NCBI GenBank assembly: GCA_963693365.1
Contig: CAVNZM010000007.1
Coordinates: 1,907,979 to 1,971,978 of the forward strand
DNA from: Amoebidium appalachense
Taxonomy: Eukaryota > Protista > Ichthyosporea
Reading direction: 5' to 3'
Length of the DNA: 64,000 bases
The position numbers and the translations under genes were made by a program. Positions 53,595 to 64,000 of this stretch are shown here, in pieces. How positions within the stretch are numbered: position 1 is the first letter of the stretch; each line of letters opens with the position of its first letter. The notes below the pieces were generated by a model. That model ran no database searches, was not told the origin of the DNA, and saw only the letters and a program-made list of their open reading frames with translations.

Positions 53595-54086
53595 ATGATG
53601 TTTGCCCTAACCAAGACTCTTATTACGTTGACAGCCTTGACGGCGGTTGCATCTGCGGCCGGCTGCGGCGAGTGCATGAACAAGTGCTTCCGCTGCGACC
53701 CTAAGGTCCACAAGTACGGGTGCCGCAACGTCAGAGACTGCGTCCTCGACTCCAAAGCGCAAAGTTTGACCGGTCATCGCTCTGACGAGGCCGACCAAGA
53801 AGGCATCGAGTACCACGGCTCGGCGTGGACGTCCATGTGTTCGGGGGGCTTCCTTTACCTCGATTGCAACCAGTGTGACGACGAGGCCGGGCCCACTATG
53901 TCGTGCCGCGCCAAATACGGTGATCAGCTGCCCACCGGGGAGATAATCGTTGGGGAGTGCTATGCATTTGGTTGGCAGAGCAGGGGTTATAGGTGCTGTG
54001 CAGACAAAGACGCCGGCCCCGGTTATCTAACATATGATGAGGTGGAAAAGTTCGCATACGACAATCTCTTGGTTCCCTATCTCTGA
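53595..54086 (+). CDS. Small secreted cysteine-rich protein, 163 aa, intronless
   Basis: GCCATG start; signal peptide ending AVASA; 13 Cys; GC3-rich codons against an AT-rich flank. Confidence 0.8.
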   Translation: MMFALTKTLITLTALTAVASAAGCGECMNKCFRCDPKVHKYGCRNVRDCVLDSKAQSLTGHRSDEADQEGIEYHGSAWTSMCSGGFLYLDCNQCDDEAGPTMSCRAKYGDQLPTGEIIVGECYAFGWQSRGYRCCADKDAGPGYLTYDEVEKFAYDNLLVPYL

Positions 54087-54492
54087 GTACTTGGCCAACA
54101 TCAATAACAATTTTGCATGTATACGTTCGTACCACGCAAAGGGTCGGGACCCGGCCCACTGTGACGGTGACTTGATCATGGCAAGGTCACAATAATAGTG
54201 TTATCAAGACTTAAGTCTTGAAATTGCTGGTAGACTGTCTCCATATGATGACTGACCGTCATAAGGCCTGGCCATGGGTTTGCCATGTCATAAATAAATT
54301 GTTCATTATACTGGCTGGCTCTGATCATAAATTGTTGACCCCTGCCTTGAGAAACGCATTTTACTGAATCCGACAGTGATATTAGTAAAATACGTTTCTC
54401 TTTATTCGCGGGGCCTCAGTCACACACATGACTCGCCCCGGCTCTGTCAATCTGTGGGACGCCAGCTTGGGCCACCGTTACAGTATGGCAGT

Positions 54493-54535
<43 letters not shown>

Positions 54536-54741
54536 GAATGGGGATCATGGTGAGGGAGGTGGATCCGAAAGAGGGGGTACGTACTAGCAAGACTTTTGAG
54601 GGGGACTTAGTGATATGGTTATTATTGTAAGCGGTTTTTCAGTTGTCAGTGAGCCAAAAAATAGAGTAATTACAACTAGTTGGGAACCAGTGTACGTACA
54701 CCACTAAGCGCAGGGGATCTCACATTCTCACAAACTTTCAC

Positions 54742-54970
54742 GTTCTCCCTAATTTAAAAACGTTAATTTGTCTGTGTCTGGCCAAAGGAGTTTAAACCTA
54801 CACGGGTTGGCTGAAATTACATGTACAGTTGTTCATGGGTACTTGGAAAATAAGGGTTCTCCCCAATTTAAAAACGTTAACTTGTCTGTGTCTGGCCAAA
54901 GGAGTTTAAACCTACACGGGTTGGCTGAAATTACATGTACAGTTGTTCATGGGTACTTGGAAAATAAGGG
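54742..54970. repeat. Near-perfect 114-bp tandem duplication
   Basis: Units start at 54742 and 54856 and differ at 2 positions. Confidence 0.95.
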
Positions 54971-55522
54971 CTTTTCATCTTAAATAATTTCCAGTAACCA
55001 TAGCCATAATAATCTTAATTTCATTTGGCCATGGGTTGCAATGGTTGGTGTTCCGGGGAGAGCGAGGTCCTGGGGGGAGGGCACTCCTATTTTTATGCAA
55101 GAGGCCGATTATATGAGGTCTGCGCCGGGTAGTCACAACTCAAACAAGACTTAAAAATACTGATCTCAGCACACCAAACGAACTCCAAGCAGTCACTGTG
55201 CACGTGGTGGTTCTGGCAGCTGAGGGCACATGTGGCTTCTCCCCTCTCTGAGATTCCCTGTGTGTGTGCCACGGTGTGGTGCATGCTTCCGTGTGTGCCT
55301 CGGTGCGTGCGTGTGTGTCTCCCTAACAGTTGCGCTCAGTCTAGCGGCAAAGGCTGGTGCCGGATGCTTTTTAAGCATGTAGCCTGAACTTCAAAGATGG
55401 ATACAAAGTTCAAAGCCTGCAAGGACTGACACCTTCAAGTTGTTTGTTTTTGGTGGTCACGTTTGTGTTTGTGTGTGTGTGTGTGTGTGTTTGATGGTGG
55501 TGGTGGCCTGTGTGTGTGGTTA

Positions 55523-55559
<37 letters not shown>

Positions 55560-55843
55560 CTGTGTGTGTGTGTGTGTGTGTCACGGTGTGGGTGTGGGTG
55601 TGTTTGGTGGTGGTCACGGGTGGTGTGTGTGTGTGTGGGGGGGGGGGGGTGCGCACGCACACGTGTGTATGTGTGTGTGTGTGTCTGTGTGTTCGTGTGT
55701 GTGTTTGGTGGTGGTGGTCAGTGTGTGTGTGCGTGTGCTTGGTCGTGGTCTGTGTGTGTGTGTGTTTTTTTTTTTTTGTGTGTGTGTGTGTGTGTGCGTG
55801 TGTGTCAGTGTGTGTGTGTGTGTGTGTACTCTGTGTGTGTGTG

Positions 55844-55907
<64 letters not shown>

Positions 55908-56183
55908 TCGGGTGGTCCGGTGTGTGTGTGGGTGGGTGGATGGGGGGGTGGGGGGGGTGTTAGGTTGACCTGCCCGCTGCGGTCGTCTTTGCTAAGGGGA
56001 TTAGGGAGGAGGGGGGGGGGGGGGGGGGGTTAGGGAGTGGGTAAGGCGAATACATGTTCTTCAGTTTATCAGGAGGGTGGGTGTAATGCCCGGGGGGAGA
56101 AGGGGGGGGAGGGGGAGGGGGGTAGGGAGTAGGTAGTTGCTTAGCGGTATCCGATATTCTTGGGCTTGGGTGGGGGGAGGGGA

Positions 56184-56233
<50 letters not shown>

Positions 56234-56984
56234 GATGTTTTTTTTAATTTTGTTTTTTCGGTTGTTGAATTCCTTTTTTGCTATGTTTTTGACGACCCCC
56301 CCCCCCCCCCCCCCCCCCCCACCCCCCACCCCCACGACCACCACCACCACCACCACCACCACCCCTTCCCGGCCCGGAGTTATTATAATGAGGAAATGCC
56401 CCGTGGTATAATGTGTGAATATGCACATGAAATGGCATTAACATGGTCTGACTCACTCAGTGACACCTTTAGGCAAGTGCAAACATGTACGTACAGGCTG
56501 AGGTTCGACATGTAGTTCAATCCATACTCTCCCTTTACCCCTGCATCGGTGTGCTTGAGGCATCCCGCGCCGTGGAACAGTAAAGCAGGAGTTCAACAGC
56601 CACGAGTATGATATACATATGTAGTCAAGACTTGAAGAATGACAATCGTTCTTTCCGGGTCCCGAATCTCCCCCCCCCCCCCCCCCCCCCTTAAAAACAC
56701 GCACACGCACACACACACACACACACCGGCGCTCGCGCACACACACGCACGCACACACACACACGCACGCACGCGCGCGCACACACACACACACAGTGTC
56801 ACACACAAACACACACACACGTACACAGTCACTCACACTCACACTCACACCCGTACGTAATCTAATCCCCCGGTTTCCTCGTCCCAGAAGTTCATATGCA
56901 TGCGAAATGGTGGTGGCAGTGGTTGCGTATACATGTACGGGGTGGCGGTGGTGGTCGATCATGAAGCCAGGGGGGCATGCAGGT

Positions 56985-57017
<33 letters not shown>

Positions 57018-57679
57018 TGTCCCGGGAAGAGTGTGTCGTATGTATGAGTTTTCTTTTCTTTATTCGCCAGTTTGTGTCATGTCAGGGGACACATCACTAA
57101 TGGAAAAGGTGCAAGTCGTATCCCCGTCCACTTGATGGCACACAAATTCGAAATCTTCAATCGGATCAACCTCGATTGCGTCTAAAATGGGAGATGCACT
57201 CTATTCACATGTGTACAAAAATAACATAGGTACGCCGAAATACGAAGGAAATGAGAGTGTTTTCATGCAACTCTGCTCAGTTTTGAATTACCAATGGTCA
57301 AAAATATTAACAGGCTGAGATCACTGATCAGCTGGACTCTCGGAGCTGTGAGCTGTGAACGGCTAGGGGCCGGCACACGCTCGCGCTAAGCCGCTGACTT
57401 GAGTGTAAGCCCGTGAGTCGCTCACGCGGGTACGCCGACCAATGGGATCCTTACGCTGCCCTGACGCTGGCATCTTCCAAGCCACGGAAAACGCCAAATG
57501 ATACCGTGACAAAAACTGCCTCACAGCAGCACCAGCCTGCAGGCCCAGGCTTTCCTAGAACCGCCTAGAACGGCGACACCGAGGCCGAGGCAGTTCGCCA
57601 ACAATCACTGCATCCACATACAATTTTTTATTTATTATTAGTCTGTAATGAATTCCACACCTGCTATATGCTAATATTT

Positions 57680-58369
57680 GCTTAGTCACCTCCTTTCCCA
57701 CGCTTTCTCGAATCGAATTCTCTTCTTCTCTCCGAGCGGTCCCTTTTTCTCCCCCCATGCCCATCACTCTCCCTTCTCCTTTCATCTCTGTTTTTTTCCA
57801 CTCCCCCTTCCCCCTCTCGTTTCTCTCACTCCCCCTCCCCGTCTCACTTTCCCGCCTTTCTTGCCTTTTCACATTCTCGTTCTTTACGTACACACTCGGG
57901 CTACTATACCGTCTATCTTTCTGAAATTATAGGTTGTTATCTCGAATATCCAGCTCATTCCCGCTCTCTATCCCTCCTATCTCTACGATCAGTGCTACCC
58001 TGTGTGCCCAATCTACCACCATCATGAGTCCCTCGATCACTTCTACCTCTTTCATGGTTACCTCGGCTATCCCGTCTATCTCTGAAATTTTCCTCTTTTC
58101 TTTCCCGTCTATCTCTGAAGTTTTTCTCTTTATTATCCTGGCTATCACGTATCTCCCTGTGCCTACTCTCCTCTCTACTATCGCCCCTAGGTCTACTGGT
58201 ATTGTCCAAGCTGTCATATCTGTTTTTGTCATATCTACTTTCCCTCCTATCTTTTTGTGCCATTTCATCTCTACTATCTCGTCTATCCCATGACCTCTCC
58301 CCATGAAATTCCGTGCCTGCTCTCGGATATCCACGTTGCTCTCGGATATCCACGTTGCTCTCCGGCCAT
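57680..58369 (-). pseudogene. Disrupted Arg/Asp/Glu-rich (RD/RE, SR-like) low-complexity coding segment
   Basis: DRRDSRD, ENFRDRR and DRRDRRDRERE repeats; GCCATGGCC start is put out of frame by a 19-bp duplication (58322-58359); downstream RS/RE-rich text continues past stops. Confidence 0.45.
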
Positions 58370-59356
58370 GGCCCCTCTAGGCCCACCCAGACGTACCTGT
58401 CTGTACAACACCATGTCAGAAAGCAACATCAAGCCTTACCTTCTCAATTCACCTTGTTAATACATTGTTTACTTCACATTTCCTGCCCCTGAACGAACGT
58501 GCCCCTATAGAGACACGCACGCACACCTGTGCGCCTGCACACAGGCAGACCAAGCCACATACAGTCCACAAACACACACAGACACACACACGCACACATG
58601 AGAAACAGTCACGGACACAGACACAGAAACAGGCACAAACACCAGCACCCATTCGCATCCACCCACCTTACCCCCCCCCCCCCCCCCCCCCCCCCCCCCT
58701 TCAACCAGACCTCCAACTTGCACACACGCATCTTGCGCCACCACCGGCAGCATCACCAATTTCTTCCCCTAGCCCGTTTCCATCACACCGGACACACGCT
58801 CAATGGAGCACGAGAGAAATCGGGGAGAGGATGAAATGGCAAAAGCGACGGGTAAGTAATGTGTGCATGTGCGAAACTTTTATCGGGATACACACAACAA
58901 CGTGCACACACATACACATGTGGAACATCGGCGCTTCGACGTAAGTACGTAAGACGCAAGCCCATGGGCAAAGGGGGATCACTCACCTAAGCCGCTTAGA
59001 AACACTGTGATGATTAATTACCAAAATGAAAACATAAACCCCAATAGCCAAAACCCTGTGTGTGTCTTGGCCCTAAATAGAAGGGCAGCAGCCCTCTAAC
59101 CCTCCACTAAAGGGGCCTGACGGCCGCTTTAATGTCGCTCAGATAATGAACCGTTCCCCGTTGATTTTACGTCATCGAATCGTGCTTTTTTTCAATCAGG
59201 TGCGAGAGAGAGTCCGTCATAAAACCAAACTGCGGAACTTCCACCCACCCACACCGGCCCACGCCCACAAACACACAAACACACTACACAGACACACACA
59301 CGCACACACACAAGGGAGAGAGGGCGGGGAAGGGGGTTAGGGAAGGGTGTGCATGT

Positions 59357-59387
<31 letters not shown>

Positions 59388-60199
59388 GGGGGAAGGGGGG
59401 GAAAGAGGGGGGCGAACTAACTGTATGGGGCGGAAAGGCCTGTCTCTGCCACCAAACCGCAGCTGGCCGGATTCCTTTTTTCCTCCAAAACCACCCCCTG
59501 CATATGAAGTCATAACATCAGGTCATGAAATCGGGTCCCAAAAACCACCTTGACAAAAAACGATTTTATAAAAACACGGGTGAACAAAGAAAGACGAGAA
59601 GGGCGAAGGGGCAAAAGGGAACCACACACAAAAAAGCAGCTATAAACCAACTCACTGTCTGAAAATGCATAACACAAAGATGACATACTGATTTGGGGAT
59701 GGGGGGGATTGGAGGGAGACAGAGGGGGGAAGGGGGGGAGGGGTTGTGTTGTGTTGTGATATGTTATAGAGTACAGAGAACACATTCATAACGGACATCA
59801 TGCAGAGTGCAAACCATACATAGGGGATCCATCATTTTTTTTTGGGGGGAGGGGGGGGGGGAAGGGGGAGGGGGGGGAGGGGGGGGGGGGGGGGGGGGGA
59901 GGCCACAGTTCACGCCTCAGATTTCCAATCATGAAGACAACGGGAGAGTAAAGAAAGAGTCGATGAAAAAAACTTCCAAACACAACATGGCCATGAAAAC
60001 AACACGGAATGCTAAGGTTGCTAAAGGGGGTGGGGGGGGGGGGGGGGGGGGGGGGGGGGTTGAGCAGGAGGGGCGTGGTAGTGATGGAGGTGATCGTTCT
60101 TCATCCCTGCCTTTCTTACTCTCACACTCTTCTCTCTCTCTCTCTCCCCCCCCCCCCCCCTCCCCCCCCCTCTCTCTCATTCTCTCTAACGCTTTCTCT

Positions 60200-60262
<63 letters not shown>

Positions 60263-61016
60263 CCTCTCTCTCTATCTATCTCTCTCTCTCTCTCTCTCTC
60301 TGTCCCTCTCTCTCCCCCCCCCCCCCCCCCCCCCGTGTGTGTGTGTTTGTGTATGTGTGTGTGCGTGTGTTTTCCTTCCTTTTCTTTCTTTCCTTCTTTC
60401 TTTTTTATTTTTAGTTTTTATTTATTATTGATTTATTGATTTATTTATCTTATTTTATTTTATTTATTTTTTTTGGGGGGGGGGGGAGGGGGGGGGGGGG
60501 GGGGTTGGGTAAGGATGGCTTGAAAGAGTGGCAATTATGGAAAAACAATAAAAGACGCTTCAATTTCCAAAGAAACATCACCGGACTCTCCCGAGGGGGA
60601 GGGGGGGAGGGGGGGGGGGGGGGTTTGAATGCGTCATAAAGTGCGAAGTACACATGAACAACGAATAACACGATGCAGAGTGCAAACCATGCAAAAAGAG
60701 TATGCATAACAAGCAGAGCCCATCCTCAGGGGGAGGGGGCCACGTCATCCACAGTACCCGAGTTTCGAACCATTCACCTCGTTAACGAAACCCAACTCAG
60801 ACACTGTTTCACTTGTGGGGGGGGGGGGGGGGGGGGGGGGGGGGAGGGGGGGGGGGGAGTCTCATGAAGTGTTACAGAGTAAGACGTTTACATTCACGAC
60901 GGACAACATAACATGATTTTCCAAACCACCCACCTAAAGTTATGCATCACAAGCATATGGCCCATTCGCAGGAGAGGTTCAAGCCACTAAACTAGCACCT
61001 CGGCGGCCGCGCCGCG

Positions 61017-61049
<33 letters not shown>

Positions 61050-61249
61050 GGTTTGAGTGTGTACCCAAACGTCGGGGCACCCAACCAGGCATTGTTCGCT
61101 CAATTTCAAAATCCACAAATATCTCCTGGCCATCTAGCTGGCATCGGTTGGCCTGCAGGAAAATGACGTCATCAGAGGTGGATTTACACCAGGAGTAGAT
61201 CAGTGAATATACACTATAACACTATGTGATCATTTATTCGGCATGTGTA

Positions 61250-62650
61250 GCTAGAAACGAGTGTAGAGGTGGTCGGGATATATGACAAAAAATACGATGG
61301 TTGGATAGGAAACAAAATCATGGTTGGAAACTCGGACAATACAATGGTTGGATATTCCGAGATATCTATTCGGCATATGAAGTTAGACATGAGAAAATGA
61401 CGGTGGATTTTTCAATTTTCATTGACACTCTGGTTGGATTTATAATAAGAGCATGGTTAGATATGAAAAAATGGTGGTTAGATGTAATAACGTCATGTTT
61501 GGATATTATGGTACTGTGCGCAGTTGCATATAACAGTGTCGTTGTTGGATATAATATTTGGGTTGGAAACGATAAATTCAGGTTGAATATAGAATATTTT
61601 TTCTTTTGACTGGATTTATTCGACGGAAAGATATGCAAGTATGCACGGCATACTGAGAAGACAATAAAAACTTCACGAGTTATCCAGTAACAAGTGCATA
61701 CTGAGATACCTGAACACTGTGTGAAAATCATATAAATACTCAATGTGACGACCAACAGAATTCAACAAAAAGTCTAAAGTGTTCACATTGCCAGCTAGTG
61801 TAGCAGATACCCGGAGGGAAAGAGGTAAAACGCGACATAAAAATTCACACCTATCAACATGCTTGCGATTAAAAAGGTCAGCACAAAAGTGGCACCAGCG
61901 GCGATGAAAACAAGAATTACAGCGCCACTGCACAACTTCCCAGTCAATATCAACATCAGAGCACCATACAGACTTATCTACTAGGGTGGTATCCATACGT
62001 ACAGCAGGAGAAATGTATCCTGCCAAAGCACCCAAAAAGCGATAATGATCAGTACGGTGTTGCCTAAGGAACATAACACATGCCGACTGAGTTTTACCTT
62101 TGATCTCTCTATCAGAACGAGAAAGAAACTTATACTGCGTATGGTAATAACGCGAAAAGGCAGAAAAAACAGGAAGAGCAAAGAAAGAGGGAGTGAGATA
62201 GCGAGAGGAAGAATCAGGTGGAAAGAGGGTAGGCTGAGGACATTCAGAAGTAGCGTTGGTGAATCGGGGGGGAAGAGGGATGGAGGGAGGGGGGGGAAAG
62301 AAAGCATAAAGAGGGTGACCATCAGGTAGCCTAACTAAATGAAAACAAAAACGAAGAGACAAATCCTTCATACGACAAACAGCAGACGACAATCCAAACA
62401 TACTGATTAAGGGAGGTACAAACCGAGTACGAAACAAAGTGCGTAGCGCAGTACCCTGAAAATCGTCGAACTCGTTCAGCGCCATTGCCGCCTCGCGAGG
62501 TGGGGCGCAGGCCAATAGCGGAAGTCCATATTCGAAAGTCGGCCGTAGAATATTGGTCGGGTATAATGAAATTGTAGTTGGATATACCAATTAAGTTGGA
62601 TATGATAAACTTATTTGTCATTGGATATGACAATCTTATGGTTGCATATA
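61250..62650. repeat. AT-rich degenerate array of (G)GTTGGATAT motifs, interrupted by the LINE fragment
   Basis: Motif variants recur every ~20-25 bp at 61270-61590 and 62555-62650. Confidence 0.65.
61599..62547 (-). mobile_element. 5'-truncated copy of the same LINE (3' ~950 bp) with target-site duplication TAGAATATT
   Basis: Near-identical to ~43790-44745; TAGAATATT at 61590-61598 and 62546-62554; intact CHFC...H...C motif. Confidence 0.95.
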
Positions 62651-62968
62651 AACACACCACAACCGGCCACCAAAAAAAAACAAAAAAAAAAAAACGATTG
62701 GCACTCTACAACAAGGGTTAGGGTTTGAAGCAAACCACATAGCATAGCTTGTGTCAAAAAAGTGTGTTAAAGTTAGGCTTGTGTTTCTACAAAAACTATA
62801 CAAAATATCAGCCAGATATGGTCCGACAAACATTCAATTAATGTGATCACCTCTGATCAGTTAGTCTTCGTCTAGAACATGCAAATGCATTCCGGGGGGG
62901 ATGTAATTGGGTGGAGGGCTAGCAGTAGGGGGGGGGGGGGGGGGGGGCAAAACTAAGTGCGCGAGGTT

Positions 62969-63043
<75 letters not shown>

Positions 63044-63186
63044 GGGAGAGTTTGTGTCACAGAGCACGAAGCACAAAATCACAACCGAAAACACCAACAA
63101 GCTTTCGTAAGCAAGAACACACACAATCTATGGATCGTAAGTAGAGCCCATCCTCGCAGTGTGTCTATGTTTGTGTGCGTGTGTGT

Positions 63187-63240
<54 letters not shown>

Positions 63241-63542
63241 AGATGTCATCCACCGTACCCGACTTTGTTGAGTTTATGGACAATGCCTTTGTTGAGTTTA
63301 CGGACAGGCTTGCAGCAAGAGCCGCTCAAAGGCATATCCCTTGGAAAACCCGGTCACTGAAAGGACGCAATTCATGTGTCAGACCAAAAATTAGAGCCCT
63401 CCCCCCCCCCCCCCCCCTCTTTTTTTTTCCCCCTTCTCTCTCTCTCTCTCTCCCTCTCTCCCACTCTCTCTCCCTCCCTCCCTCCCCCCCTCTCTCCCCC
63501 CCCCCCCCCTCCCTCCCTCCCTCCCTCCCTCCCTCCCTCCCT

Positions 63543-63584
<42 letters not shown>

Positions 63585-63840
63585 TTTTTTGAGGGGGAGG
63601 GGGGGGGGGGGAGAGAGAGAGGGACTTCTTGTCCTCTCGCGTCTTTTTCTGCTTTTTTTTTTGCCCCCCAAAATACTACCCCAGAGTGTGACATAGAGAG
63701 AACAAAGGGTACACCCACACGCTCGGCACAGCGACGGGGGGAGGGGGAGGGGGGAGGAGGAGGGGGGGAGGGGGGGAGTGGACTGTAAAAGTAGAGATAT
63801 GTAAAATTAAGTATGCATTGAAAGGGGTTGAGAGGAAATG

Positions 63841-63953
<113 letters not shown>

Positions 63954-64000
63954 TGTGTGTTGTCTCTCCGCGTGTATGTACATGCCCGTGTCTGTGTGCG

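Noticed and set aside
54768-54983. 71-aa ORF with an internal repeat
   Set aside because: By-product of the 114-bp duplication; non-ATG start, AT-rich
58790-63360. Scattered plus-strand exon-like segments (58790-58851, 59908-60016, 63243-63352)
   Set aside because: No recognisable protein and no consistent splice chain

Overview
Eukaryotic genomic DNA of an unidentified lineage, saturated with poly-G/poly-C, (CA)n and (GA)n runs, so most ORF-track entries are microsatellite artefacts. Splicing by hand gives: the last four exons of a UDP-glucuronate decarboxylase gene (+); an intronless ankyrin protein (-); an intronless secreted FAD enzyme resembling polyunsaturated fatty-acid isomerases (+); an 11-exon, ~1830-aa fusion gene (-) with NadD/NMNAT-like, degenerate P-loop kinase-like, degenerate capping-enzyme-like and F-box domains; a 6-exon, ~1565-aa Mutator/ISL3-type DDE transposase (-) with a WRN-type 3'-5' exonuclease inserted in its catalytic core; a near full-length LINE plus a 5'-truncated copy with a TSD; a small secreted Cys-rich protein; and several non-autonomous, tandem and dispersed repeats. 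Three single-base frameshifts fall in homopolymers and may be assembly errors. Domain calls rest on motif recognition from memory; no searches were run.
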